A DNA stretch of 64,000 bases from Lama glama (GCA_028534125.1 CM052818.1:23996001-24060000); one strand, 5' to 3'. Numbered from the stretch's first letter, positions 23,534 to 36,734 are shown. Numbers and translations: made by a program. Notes: generated by a model not told the origin, from the sequence alone.

Positions 23534-26019
23534 TTTCTTTGCCCAGAACATAGAATGCGTATTTACACAGTGTCTCAACTTTGATCATGCTTACTGTTTC
23601 CATTGTTTCCTTTAATCATTGACAACAAACCATTCTCTTGAATAAAGCAGTGTATAAATTAGCATAGAAAGCGTCACATCTTTTAATTGTGTATAATCTT
23701 CTTTCGTTGCTGTGCATAAGGATAACAATCCACAGATGAAGCTCCCAACCCAAATTTTCCAGCTTCATTAACAAAGTAATATTCTTAGGTAGAATGAATT
23801 TTTCTCTAATAGGAAAAAAAGTGTCATTGAGTGCTTTTATTCATATATGTACCACACATACATTATGAATTGATACAGGATTTGTGTATCAGTGGTTTCA
23901 TATAGAAATGAAACAAATTATCTGCTGGTATATAAAACTTGCTCTTTCATACAGCATGCCATTGCCATTGATCAAAAAAAAAAAGTAATCTGATAAAGAA
24001 ATCATTTGATCCTCCTTTTCCTCTAAGCAATTATCTAACACTGTGTGCGTCTAACTCCTAAGCTTCTTAACCGTAGTATAGCTCCTATCCCCTCCTGAGC
24101 AAATGCAAATTTGAACTCTCTCTGTGGTTTTAGTCTCCTCTTATCTTTGCCTTGGGTAATTAAAGTTTATCAAGTGTGTGCTGGAAAGCATTATTTTGTG
24201 CTTTTAAAATAAAATTTTAATTGATTTGAATTGAGATCACCATGTCTTATTCAAATATGACATCAACACATCATTAGTTTTATGTCATCTTTGACAATGT
24301 TTCATAGGAGGACCTTCATTTGGGACCAAGTCTGAATGTAAAGTCAGTCCAAAACAGCACAGCCTCCACTTTTAATCAGTAACTTCCCATTTACCTTTGT
24401 ATTTTTCTGCTTTTTATCCCAAATCATCACAGCATCAGATTTGCTTGTTTTCCCAGTACAGATATAAATTTTGTATTTGTACTAATGTTTCTGTTTACTC
24501 TTTACATATATATATCATTTCAAGGTGATATTCTAAATCCCAATTATCATTATTTTTATATATCAAAGAACCACCCTTAAGAGATTTCTCCAATTTTGTG
24601 ATTGAGGAATATTACCAAATACAGAAATAACAAGGAAAAAAGTAAACTGAACACATCTATACAAAAACATACAAATAAAATGAAAATATGTGCAGCAAGA
24701 TACTGTCCATTCCAAGAATTAAATGTTAACCAGAGGATGAATTAGCCAATGAAGCTCCAGAAATAGATGGACAAGTTTAAGAATGTCAAAGTTATTAAGA
24801 CTCTTTAAAAGATACTATGATTTTACATTTCAAATATGAAAAAAATGTACAAAAAATAATTCTGTGAAGCTGCACTTGCCAAACATCACAGTCCAAAATC
24901 CCCTTCGAGAATGGCTGGTTGATTATGGAATTCCTCTAACAACATTCTCAATTTAAATTTTTCATAATAAATACAGCGGCCTATGAAATCCTACAAAACT
25001 TCAATATCTCCCAGTTTGAACCCCCTCAAGCACTCCCCTTGATGATGGCAAGTCTCAGTGGTAAACACTTTAATCCCAAACTTTAAAGATATCTCTGTAG
25101 ACACTTGCTAAAAATAGATGTGTGTATCAGTCAAAAATTCTTTATTCGAGGACTATCTTAAAAAATTCAGTTGGCTCCCATAAGCTATTTGCTACTGGCT
25201 TCCAACTGAGGATTAGAATATATGGCATTCTCCAAAATAGATGCACACTTTATTAAATAGGAACGTAGTCAGAATTATATATGCTTCCATTGGGCTCTGC
25301 CACAGAAGAAACCAATGTACTAACATCTGCATTAGGTAAAATCACATAAATTAAGATGGAGGAGGCAAACACACTTCCTTCTTGCCCCTGAGGTTCTTGA
25401 TTCAGTTACAACTTTATGAGGCAATTAGCTCTCCATCACAATGACTCATCAAGTACTCCAGCATCTGAGGTTAGAAAGTGCATCCAGTGTCAGAAAAGCA
25501 TTTCTTTACATTTGCCAGCTTCCCAACTGAGATTTTTAACATTCAAGGAACCCCTTCCCACTTTTGTGATTTCGTCTTGCCTCCGGTTTTTTTGTTTGAT
25601 GCACATTCTCTCCAAGAAATGCTTTAAAAATCTTTTTTTTGGTGTCTTGGGGACCCTCTCTCAACATAAAGTGGTTTTTAGAAGAGCTTTTGTGGCCTGT
25701 GGCAAGGTGGCCACAGCTGCACGGCATTCCAGCCACAAGTTGGCTGCAGACTGGCTGTGATATACCAGCCCTGCCCATGGGCAGTATTAAGTGATGCATT
25801 ATTCAAAAGAAATGTACACATTTAGAGTGCTAAACTCATATTAAGTCTCACTATTTTTAAAACTATCAGGTTGGGAATAGCTAGGATATTTCAAAACTAA
25901 ATGATCTTAAAATAGAGCTAAAATGGCTATGCAAAGATTAGCACTTGCTTTCCAAATATATATATTTTAAAAAATGAAACTCAGTAGTTTTCAGGAGTGA
26001 TTTATATAAGTCACTTTAT

Positions 26020-26075
26020 ATAGAGAGAGAGAGGGAGGGGGAGAGAGAGGGAGGGGGAGAGACAGAGAGAGAGAA
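26020..26075. repeat. GA-rich polypurine simple repeat
   Basis: Directly visible (AG)n/(GAGG)n tract. Confidence 0.9.
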
Positions 26076-26394
26076 CTTTAAGACAAAGAGCAAGATAAAG
26101 ACTATATGATTCTGTGGAGAATTCTGCCTTTGACATGCTAGGTTCTGAGGAATTAATGTAAAATTCTTGAAAATGAATGGCTGGGAGTCCAATCACATCT
26201 AATGCTTCTAAATGGCAAAATCCAAGACACTTGATTTTTCCTTAGAGGGATGACTGAGGAGGTTCACGAAAGTATGTAAGACTTGTGGGCTTGGAATTGG
26301 ACCTCTGCTAACCAGTGGCTGATCCCAGATGACATTGTGACAGTACCTCTAAGGCTAAATTTGTGGCTGAATTTTATTTATTAAACTTGAAAAA

Positions 26395-26545
26395 AACTTT
26401 TTATTTTGAAATAGGTATAGAGTCACAGGAAGTTACAGACAGAGTACAGTTAGGTCTCATGCCTCCTCCTCCAATTGTTATATCTTAGTTTATTATAATA
26501 CAGTAGTAAAATCAGAACTTTGACATTTGGTTGATTTGTGTATTT
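26395..26545 (-). mobile_element. L1 3' tip (L1MC3/MC4-like)
   Basis: 'aacttttattttgaaataggtatagagtcacaggaagttaca'. Confidence 0.65.
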
Positions 26546-26569
26546 CTAAATGATACAGAAGTTTCCAAA

Positions 26570-27235
26570 ATTTCCGACTGATACAGAATTCTGGGTTGGT
26601 GGATTTCTTCCCCCAGCAGAAAAACATTGCACCACTTTCTTTTGGTCTCTACGGTTCCTTCTTAGAAATTGGCTGTTACTCCAATTGCTTTTCCTCTCCA
26701 GGAATGAGTCATTTCTCTCTAGCTTTTTTCAAAATTTTCTTTGCATTTAGTTTTCTGAAGTTTGACTAAGATATGTCTTAGTGTGGATATCTTTGAGTTT
26801 ATGTTGTTTGGGGTTTACTCAGCTTTGTTAATATGTAAGGTTAGGGGTTTTTTTTTTGGTTTTTGGTTTTTTTGCCCTAGTTAAGAAATTTTCAGCCATT
26901 ATTTCTTCCAATGCTTTGTGAGTCCCATCCTTTTATCCTCTTCTAGGATTCTGCTGACTCAAAAGCAGTATTTTTGCTATAGCCCTACATGTTCCTGAAA
27001 TTATTTAATTTTTTCAATCTCTCACTCTGTTATTCGTATCGGGTGATTTCTGTTGTTTTATCTTTAAGTTCATTGACTCGTCTGTGTTTTCCATTCTACT
27101 GTTGAGTGCACCCACTGAATTTTTATTTCTGTTCTTGTATTTTTTTATTGCTAAATTTGCCATTGTGTTCTTCTTTATAACTTCTCTTTCTTTTCTGAGG
27201 CTTTCTATTTCTTTGCTGAGGTTAATTTTTTGGAC
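26570..27235 (-). mobile_element. Old L1 ORF1 region, degenerate
   Basis: Antisense ORF1 motifs 'gatacagaattctgggttgg', 'aagtttgactaagatatgtcttagtgtgga', 'aaattttcagccattatttcttc'. Confidence 0.75.
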
Positions 27236-27242
27236 TTCCTAA

Positions 27243-28450
27243 AGACAATTTTTAGAACAGTTTTAGGCTCACAAAAATTGACAGGAAGGTACAGAGATTT
27301 CCCTTACAACCTTTGCCACCCTGTACACATAACCTCCCCAATTATCAACATCACTCATCAGAATGATACATTTCCAAGGACAAACCTACATTGACAAGTC
27401 ATAATCACCCAGAGTTCATAGTGTACCTTAGGGTTCACTCTTGGTCTTGTACATTCTGTGAGTTTTGACAAAGCTATAATGACATGTATCCATCATTATT
27501 GTATCATGAGGACTGTTTTCATTGCTCTAAAAATCCTCTGTGCTCTGCCTATTCATCTCTCCTCCCCTCCCAACCTCTGGCAATCACTGATCTTTTTATT
27601 GTCTTCATAGTTTTGCCTTTTCCAAAATGTCATAGAGTTGAAATCATAGATATAGTCCTTTCAGATTGGCTCTTTCACTTAATAATATGCACTTAAGCTT
27701 CCACCATGACTATTCATGGCTTGATGGCTCAATTATTTCTGAATAATATTACATTGTCTGGATGCGCTGCCGTTGATTTCCCCATTCACCTACTGAAGGG
27801 TAAATCTTGGTTGCTTCCCAGGTTTTGACAATTATTAATATTTGTGTACAGGTTTTTAGTATGATATAAATAATTTTTTTGGGAAAATACCAAGAAACAC
27901 AATTGATAGATTGTACAGTAAGAATATGTTTAGTTTTGTAAGAAACCACTAACAAGTCTTTCAAAGTGACTGAACCACTTTGCATCCCCACCAGCAGTGA
28001 ATGAAAGTTCCCATGTTCCACTTTTTCACCAGCTTTTGGTGGTGTCAGTGTTCCAGATTTTGCCATTTAATATATGTGTAATTGCATATCTTCTTGTTTT
28101 AATTTGCATTTCTGTGATGACATACAATGTGAAACATATTTACATAAGCTTATTTGACACTTGTATATCTTCATTCATGAAGTATCTGTTACAGTCTTTG
28201 ACCCATTTTTTAATTGGGTTGTTTGTTTTCCTATTGTTGAGTTTTAAGAGTTCTTTGCGTATTTTGGGTAACAGTTCTTTATTAGGTATGTCTTTTGCAA
28301 ATAATTTTCTCCCAGCTTGTGGCTTGCCTTGTAATTGTAATGTAATTCTCTTAACATTATCTTTTACAGAGCAGACTTTTATATTTTAATAAAGTCCAGC
28401 TTATTAATTCTTCCTTTCATGGAGTATGTCTTTAATGTTGCATCCAAGTA
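27243..28450 (-). mobile_element. L1MC1/2-like LINE-1 3' portion
   Basis: Antisense L1MC 3'UTR 'ttagggttcactcttgg..ttgtacattctgtgagttttgacaaa' then ORF2 end. Confidence 0.88.
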
Positions 28451-29882
28451 GTGTAGATTAAGCATGCAATGATAAAGACAACCATCACAAATCTGCATTT
28501 GTTTAGATATTCAATATATGTCAAAAATGTCCAAACTATGTTTTACAGGTGTTCAATAAAGCACCAGCCTTTCAGTAGTACTTCAACATCATAGCAACTT
28601 AATGATTCCTCGGTCCCCAGTGCAGCATGTGCTAAGGGACAACAAGTAGATAAACATCAACATCCCTTAAAAGTAGCAATATAAGTTTAAAACAGAGATC
28701 AATGGATGAGAGAGGGAGGAAACTAAGACACTGGGGTGGGCGGTAGGGAGGAGTAAAAGAAGCTCAATAGGAAAGTGCCACAAAAGTCTGTGAAGAGTTC
28801 TTATGAGAAAGAGGGCAGCTTTTTCAGGCAACATTCAATCCAAGTAGACATTCTCTTTCCCCCGGAGCTAGAGCTGGCTATGAAACCTCTCCCACTACAG
28901 CAAGGTAGTTATGCAGTGGTGGCATCAGATGTACTTGCGGACTACATTACCAGCATATATTATCACTGGAAAAGTCAGTGTGCCTTGATCCCCATACCAA
29001 GTGTCATTTGATAATTCAGTAGAGAAATGGATAAACACCAGAGCAATAGAAATGTAGCAGGTGTAAATTTTTTAAGACTATATTTTAAACAACTGAATAT
29101 TCTCTGTAATTAGTGATCAAAACCCATTCAAGAAAATGCCTGGACAAATGTCAAATAATATAATGGAAATACACACACCAAAAAAAACCAAAAACAAAAA
29201 CAAAAATGAAAACCAGCAACAAACAGAGATGCTAGGCAGGAAGAAAACAGACACCACCCTCTGCCTTTCTAAGTTTTTACAGCTGAGCTTTGGAGACCAC
29301 ACCCCATTTGTTCATCCCCTCTCCTGGCTCTTACTGACTGAAAACAGGTCTGTTAAAATTTGAGAGTTCTCCAAAACAGTCAGAGATATACTGACAAGAT
29401 AGAAAGGTGTATCCAACAATTTGAAATGTGTTTTCATTGCCAGTCTACATAAGTGTTGTGCACCATGAATTAATATCTTTTCATTATTTAACTATTTGTA
29501 AAGAGTAAAATTATATTATGTCCATGTGTTCATTAGAAAAATTATTCAATGTAAATGTTTAGAAAGTGGTCTTATTAACCTGCCCAGTGTGCAGAGGTGG
29601 AAAGCCCAAACGCTCACTGCCCTTCATATCTAGTCATGCATCAGGAGTCCGAGAGGATTACTGCTCACATTTCAATGCAGAGTCCCTGTCCCCTGTTCCA
29701 TATAGCCCTATGGATATCAGAACTTCCTATTTCACTAGTAACTTGGAGTAAGGGGTGGCCATGGAAGTGGAGTGAGTTCCTCTATGGGTGAGTGAAATGA
29801 AAATCTGTTTTCTTCCATAGCAAAGATAAGGTGGGGGAAATAACTTGACCCCTCTAATATTTATCAAAAACCTTAAGAAAAG

Positions 29883-29902
29883 TAATTATATATATAATTA
29901 TA

Positions 29903-29936
<34 letters not shown>

Positions 29937-29971
29937 GTTATGTATGTATACACACACACATACATATACAC
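29883..29971. repeat. Compound (TA)n/(TG)n/(CA)n microsatellite
   Basis: Directly visible. Confidence 0.95.
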
Positions 29972-30339
29972 AATTGGTAAATGTGACAACTTTGTAAGTA
30001 GAGTGCCTATCTCAATATTGGGCCCATGAAGGTTCTTAATAAAATGTTCTTCCTCCCACATGGGTATTATGGGTTTACAAGTATAGTTTCTTTGTACATT
30101 CAGCACATACTCATTACTGTTTTGTTTAATGAGCTCTATAAAAGCCAAAATGTGGGGTTTGTTCTTTTCAAATAAAAGCAGTTGTCTCTATGAACTCCCA
30201 AGTTGTATTGTATTAGTACACTGGACTCCCTGAATGAGGCAGCCTGATTCAGCAGAGTAAATATTTGTTAACCTGCTGGGTTGGAACTGGTAATAATCAA
30301 CTTTCTAAAAAAGGTGTCCAGGTAGAGTGCATCACTTAC

Positions 30340-30520
30340 CTGGAGTATCCTCAGGGATCATCCTGGCCTCAAGTATCTGTCACTTTCATGGGACTAAAAT
30401 TAGTAAATTCTAACAGTGTAACTATACTGGGAATACGGTAAATTGGTGACAAACAGCCCTCAATGTTTATTCAGAGGTAGGATAGACAGACAAATGGAAA
30501 GTCATCCAGATGTGCAGAGG
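30340..30520 (+). mobile_element. Possible L3/CR1 RT fragment
   Basis: 'ggagtatcctcagggatcatcctggcc' resembles the CR1 GVPQGSVLGP codons. Confidence 0.4.
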
Positions 30521-31764
30521 TAGAAATCGGTATTTTCTCATTTCAAATCAAAGGCAAAATTTAAGTTAAAAGAAGCAACTATATATTCTGGCCTATTCAA
30601 TTGTCCCTCAAAATGAGATAACCCATGATGATTCTGTGAACTATCTTGTTTGCGTGCCACATGATTTTATGATTCTATCAGCAATAAGACATTTATGGAA
30701 CAGCCTACCAATGAGCTTCCTAATGACTGAGAATAATAGACACAAAAACTCCTCTCACTGATTCGATTTATGGAGCATATAAGGAGACAAGAGGCAAGCT
30801 CATTTCAACCTAGAAGACATTTTTCTTAGAAATCGCTTACTTTTTAAATTTTCTTTCTTTCCTTATGTCATTCATAGACTAGAATCCTGATGGTTAGGAA
30901 GCACAGGTTTATCTTTTGAATGCCTCTGATTTTTAGGTTATCAGGGAAATGTTGGCAGTTGAATGTTGTGTAAATTGTTGGCATCTTTATATAACTTTGT
31001 TCCCATAGTCTAAGGGTGTGGATACATTTATAATTTACAACAAGCAGAAATATTAGCCAAACAATCATTTCAAGGAACAATAATGGAGGCCAATTCACCT
31101 TCCAAAGACCATTACCAGCCCTAGAGAGTGGGGATGAGGCCCCCCAGATTACTGAAAGAGGCAATGGAGAGTGATATAGAGCCAGGCGTGTAACCACTTC
31201 CCAACAGGCAAAATAGCCGCTGGTGACTGACTAAGAGAAAACCCTACTGGTTGTAAGTGACTTGTATACGGAAAAAATACAAAATAATGCAGTCGGCACC
31301 TTATTGACTCGTAAGCAGGAACCTCTTTTTAAGCCATGTCATAATACAGCTTTTAAAGTTGTGTGCAGTCAATGCTGTAACCACAACAAAGCTAGTCAGT
31401 TTTCGTGGATGTAGGCATTAGTTAAAAAAGAAAGTGGGTAAACTGGCAACATCAATTCCATATAATCCACTGGCAGAGTGAGTGTATACTGTAGCGTCTA
31501 TTTCTGAGAAGGGCTGACATTAAGATAAAGAGAGTGACAACACGAACCTGGCTTAGAAGAGATTTTCCAGAACCAAAGTGCAGAAATGCTGTGTCATTCT
31601 ATGAGGCCATAGATGGGAGAAGAAAGCCAAGTAGAATATGTAGTATTGTGTATTTTTTCTACAGATGTTGTTATGTTATTTCTATATCTATTATGCCTTA
31701 TACTCTTTCCTCCATTCTCCACTCAAAATCGAGCATAATCTTATGTGCAGTTTGTCATTTACAA

Positions 31765-31950
31765 TGATGCAGTAAGAACACTGGCTGGTGAGGCAAAGCT
31801 TTGGATCTCAGCTCCCAATCTGTCACTGACTTGCTTCTGACTTTGACACGTTTATAGATACCTCAACTTCAATTTCTTTATTTGTGAAAATAAAAAAAAA
31901 ACTAGGAGTTAAATAATCAGTTACTCTCAATTCTAATCATTATGAGACTA
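31765..31950 (+). mobile_element. MIR/MIR3 SINE
   Basis: 'aagaacactggct...tctgtcactgacttgc...cttcaatttctttatttgtgaaaat'. Confidence 0.6.
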
Positions 31951-32329
31951 CAGAAGTTACAGGACCCCATCCGACATATCTCTTTCTAATCAGAGATGAC
32001 TTCGAGTTTTATAAAGACAGGAAAGCATTGCCCACTTTTCTAGTTTATCTCCCTTCTTTAATCTAGTTCTGCAATTAGATTCTATAAATCAGCACCCCCG
32101 GGGGAGAAAGTGACTACAGCCCACGTCCTTAAATACTTTTCCTAGGAGTTACATGCCACATGAATTCAAGGAAAATGCAGGTTTCCTTCCATGCAACTGA
32201 GATTGGAATTATAAGCAAAGTGATTTTTTTAAGTGAAGGGATTTTAAGGCAGTGAGGCTGAGCTACTGGCTTTATATTCTGTTCTTTGGCATAGCTATTC
32301 TTACATTGAAGATAAATAATGTTAAACCT

Positions 32330-32720
32330 TCAATGTCTGTTCTCTCACTTTTTCACGTACATCCCTGTCTACCTGCTTCTACTCCTAAGAGCTCCTTTAC
32401 CCTTCCTAGTCTTTAGCTTCTTGAATTTTCTTGATCTTTTAGGACTCACATCAAGCATCAAATCATCTTTAAATCTCCCACATGATTTTGGCCGGTACTT
32501 GTTCTCCACCTATCGAACAACTCTGAACCCTTATAGTCTGTACCATTCTATTGACTTACATACCCCGGGGTCTCTGACTGTTTACAGCTAGGCAAAATTA
32601 TCTTCCAAAATATATATGGATTCCTTCACAGCAGAGAATGTATGTTAATATTTTATTTACCATTTGTCTATTTTCATAGTACTGAACACAGACATGGGGA
32701 TATAGCATTCAAATAGGTAG
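32330..32720 (+). mobile_element. L2 3' fragment
   Basis: Degenerate L2 tail motifs ending 'gtactgaacacagacatggggatatagcattcaaatagg'. Confidence 0.45.
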
Positions 32721-32789
32721 ATAGTTTTATCTTTAGAACTAGAATTTATGTAATACAGTTATATACCCCAATATATGCATGTGTACTTA

Positions 32790-32950
32790 TATATTATAGA
32801 CCTGTATACCAGACTAATATTTTGCATGCATTATAAAACATGCAAAAATTTGAAATCATATTAATGATGTTCAGTTTAAATGGAAATTCTAATATTTTAT
32901 TTCCAAACACTAATAGGTCACCTCTAGCGCTGACTTCAGAGATCACTGAT
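32790..32950 (-). mobile_element. hAT-Charlie MITE (MER113-like)
   Basis: 'ggaaattctaatattttatttcc...ttcagagatcactg' terminus. Confidence 0.5.
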
Positions 32951-32955
32951 TTACA

Positions 32956-33200
32956 ACAGGTCTTTTCAAAATAGGCTCTTAGGAGGTTAGAGGTTTGTAC
33001 AGAGATGCCTTAGAGACTGTTTCAGGGGTAAAAATAGGAAACTGCAATGAGAGCTCTGATGTTTTCCACTGGCTTACCCACCCATACTCATTTGTTTCAA
33101 GCAGATAAATTAATTATTTACATTTTTGCATACCAGGGATTTATAAAATTTTGTTTTTGAACAAAGAGTGTTACTATAAATCATGTGTTTTAAAAATCAT
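32956..33200 (+). mobile_element. hAT-Charlie MITE (MER112-like)
   Basis: 'caggtcttttcaaa...agaggtttgtacagagatgccttagagactg'. Confidence 0.5.
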
Positions 33201-33509
33201 AATATGAGTAATTATTTCATTGTAAAATGTATAAACACAGACAATGAATAATTTATCAAGGCCATGCCAATTAAAGGATAATAACAAATGCTTGGTTGTT
33301 TGCAGTAAAGCCCATCACATTTCACTTATTTCAGAAATATTTTCTAAGACCTATTATGTATCAGCACAGAGACCCCCCCAATCTGTGCTTTTTTTTTTTA
33401 ACTGTTTCATTCCTTCTCTAGACATAAGGGAATATAGTAAAGGCTACGAAATTGTGACTAGGAAATTAAAGTTTCAGAGTGGGTTAATGTAGGAAAATAA
33501 CAAAACAAA

Positions 33510-34445
33510 TCAGTTCAGAAAATGATTTCCTAAACAAAATGTGTAACCCGGAAGTAGAAAAAAATGGACAAATCTGAATGTATAAGAATTTAAAACTTCA
33601 GCACCAAAAACACCACAAGCAAAGTTGAAAGACAGGCAACAGGCTGGGAAAATTTTGCAACATAAATAGTGAACAAAGGACTATTCATAACATACAAAGA
33701 TCTCAGATAAATCAGTACAAATATGACAACTGGTCAACAAAGAAATAAAGGTATGAAAATGCATTTCATAGAAAAATAATACAATCAGTCCATGAATATA
33801 TGGAAATAATAAAATGCAATTTAAAATAGAAAAGATACCATTGTTCATTCAAATACATAGAAACCAAAATGCTGATTATATTTACAAATTCAAAAAACAT
33901 ATGGAAACATTAGCATATTCCTACACTAATGTTAGAAGTATAATTTGAGAGAGTTTTAAGGAGACAATTTGGAAGTGTCAATCAGAAATTAAAATATGCA
34001 TATCCTTTGACCCCAAGAATTCTACTTCGAGCAATGCACACTGCAGAAAACTACACATTTGCACCCAGCACTCTGTATCAGTAGAAGAAATGGGGAAATG
34101 TGCCTATAGAGAGAAATATGCATTAATTTTATGGATTGACATAACAATAAAAGAATAACATTTCTCTATGTTTCAGGAAATGTAAAAAATAATTAGCCAG
34201 TGAGAAAAGGAAAGCACATGATCTATGTGGTAGGATCTCATTTGTGTACTCCTGAAACAACGAGAATATAGTGTTTACTTTTGTAAATATGAGTGTGTTT
34301 GTGTGTGCACATACCAAAATTTAACGATAGTGACCAATGGAGATAAAAGTGAAATGATTTATAGCAAAGAGAAACTCTTGCTTTTCACTCCATTTTTTTC
34401 TTTATGTTTGAATTGTTACAAAAAGCTGTTTTTTTGTAATTTACA
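33510..34445 (+). mobile_element. Old L1ME LINE-1 3' portion
   Basis: 'aagcaaagttgaaagacaggcaacaggctgggaaaatt', 'tatgcatatcctttgaccccaagaattctactt'. Confidence 0.75.
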
Positions 34446-34759
34446 CATCTAACACACACAGACTGAAATATACACATACACACTCATACTCTCTTCTCTT
34501 TCTGTTGCACACATACACATACCCTCATGGACACACAAAAACATAACCTTAGACCCAAGGATTGAGTGTAAGGATGATGACATGACTGGTTTGGAATTAA
34601 AAAATCAAGACTTAACTAATAATAGTCATAGTTGCGGTAGTGGAGAAAAGGGTCTTTGAAATTTTCCATTCCTTGACAAAATCTTCCTTGTCCCACCAAT
34701 TCTTCACAGCATACCAACCACATAAATGAGTGGCAAAGAGAGGCAAGAAATGAAATGAA

Positions 34760-34970
34760 ATAATAAGTACTTATTAGGCATCAAGCACTATGCCTAACAT
34801 TTTACCTATATAATCTCATTTAATTCTCATTTCATTATAGTGAGGTAAGTTCTACTATTTTCCTTTAGAGAAGAGGTATCTGAGACTCAACGAGACTAAG
34901 TAACTTGCTCAATGTTACTAGCCAGAAAATCCCAAAGCTAGAATTTTAAGTGAGTCTTAACCCCAAACTG
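34760..34970 (-). mobile_element. MIR SINE
   Basis: 'atctcatttaattctca...ctgagactcaacgagactaagtaacttgctcaa'. Confidence 0.8.
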
Positions 34971-34974
34971 GCCT

Positions 34975-35230
34975 TATTAGTCAAGGTCTCAACGGGAATA
35001 GCGCACCTGAATTGCATACTTTGAAGAAGAGTTTAGTAAAGGGCCTATTTATTAAAACTTGGGCATGATGTAGGGAAGCCACAAATGATAGTGCCTTGTC
35101 CAGGACTGGTAACCTCCACAACTGAATGGATTGAGGGTCGGAGTGGTTATGGGAATCTGGAAGGCGGTCTTTTTGGAGAAGCCATCTATGGGAGCTGTGA
35201 CCCTCGCTTTAAGATATTGCCTCTCTCAGG
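34975..35230 (-). mobile_element. ERVL LTR fragment (LTR67B-like)
   Basis: 'tattagtcaaggtc...gaagagtttagtaaagggcctatttat...gtagggaagccac'. Confidence 0.6.
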
Positions 35231-36539
35231 GAGTCCTCATCACTGAGAGTAATATAATGTCAATGTGTTAAGAGATTCTTCTTATAATTAAGCCTGAGTT
35301 GCCCGGGGCTTATTTCAGCACATCTCAGTGAAGGAGGAATTAAAGGCCTCAAGTCACCAATCCAGGTTCTGTTGCTAATTTAAAGCTATCACTCTGTGAA
35401 GATTTCATTCCCTTACACAAGATACTGCAATCTTCATTTAAAGCCATTTCCTTTTATGAATCTCCATAGTGATATTGTGAATGCATCGGTATGACCTGGT
35501 CTCAAGAGCCTCCAGGGACTGGATAAACCAAGAAATTTGTTCTGCCTCTTTCTTGTTTCTATTTCCTGATTGAGAACAGTTAACTGCTCATTAGGATCTC
35601 TTCAGGAGGGGAAGCTCAGAAGAAAGATAATTAGAAGCTCCCCACTGACTTGACCTCTTATGAGCAAATACATAGGAACTTAAGAAAGGGACCTAAAATG
35701 GTATAAAAATAAAAGTATTTTAAAATCACAATGACATCACATAAACAAAAGATAAATTGAGTACTGGGATACACAGAGGTGATTTGTGAGGGAAAGAATC
35801 CTAGACCAGCAGACAGACTTTATGAGACAAGACAATGCTTTATTTAATGAGAGATTATGTGTTTGAAGTGAGGGTGATTTATACTAAAAAACTGTGTATA
35901 ACAGGAAAATGAAGTGAATGAATTTGAGTTTCTACTTTATGTAAATAAGAAAAAAGAGAAAAGCACAAAAGGCTAAAGTTTGTGAAAAATATAAGACAAA
36001 GAAGACTTTAAAATGGGAAGCATTAAATCACTAGAGATTAGGAAAAGAAATGTCTCATTAGTGTCCAATTCAAGGAATTCAAAAAGGGATCATAACAATA
36101 TATGGAAAAGACAATGACATTCCTAAAGATGAGAGCTATCTAAACACAGGTGAGTCAACAAAAACTGTTAAGAAAATGTTCTCTGCTTTGAATACTAAAA
36201 CTGTATCTGAATCAGTAAAACTTGCAAAATGATTTTCAACCATATATATATAAAAAAGAAGAATATCTGACCACAGTATTGCATACTCCCCACTTTCCAT
36301 TTTTCACAGTAAATATACTTGCAATCAAGTATGTTATGTATGTGCTGAAAATTGTCCTGCAGACTCGGTACACTCTGCGTGAGTGGCAAAGAAAGCCATC
36401 CTACCTTTGTGGAAGGAGTAGGCAGACACTTAACATGAGTCTGGTCATCAGAATTTCTTTTATTGCCAACAGATAAAAGGTAGCAAGTGCAATATCGTGG
36501 TGACCGTAGTGTCTCCATGGCATCGCCATCCCCAAAGGC

Positions 36540-36700
36540 AGATAGTAAAGCATTATGCTTACAAATCAGAACAGACTCACCCACTTACTGACTATGTGAC
36601 TGCAAGCAAGTTACTTAAATGCTTTCATTCTAGTTTCTGCATCTATAAAAACTGGGATAAGAACACATCCCAGGACTGTTGTATACGGCTACACAGTCTA
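36540..36700 (+). mobile_element. MIR SINE
   Basis: 'ccacttactgactatgtgactgcaagcaagttacttaa...gtttctgcatctataaaa'. Confidence 0.75.
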
Positions 36701-36734
36701 TGCATTGCTCAAAACCAAAGGATGCCACCACACT

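Noticed and set aside
25416..25799. 114-aa and 87-aa ORFs on opposite strands
   Set aside because: No homology recognised and no supporting splice or promoter structure
27749..28389. 105-aa and 130-aa ORFs, one hydrophobic and membrane-like
   Set aside because: Sense and antisense readings of degenerate L1MC; the hydrophobicity comes from the T-rich antisense strand. The same applies to 12393-12874 and 20150-20416
36062..36149. Open 88-nt segment ending in a perfect CAG|GTGAGT donor
   Set aside because: Acceptor lacks a pyrimidine tract, the peptide is unrecognised, and the region may be an old LINE remnant
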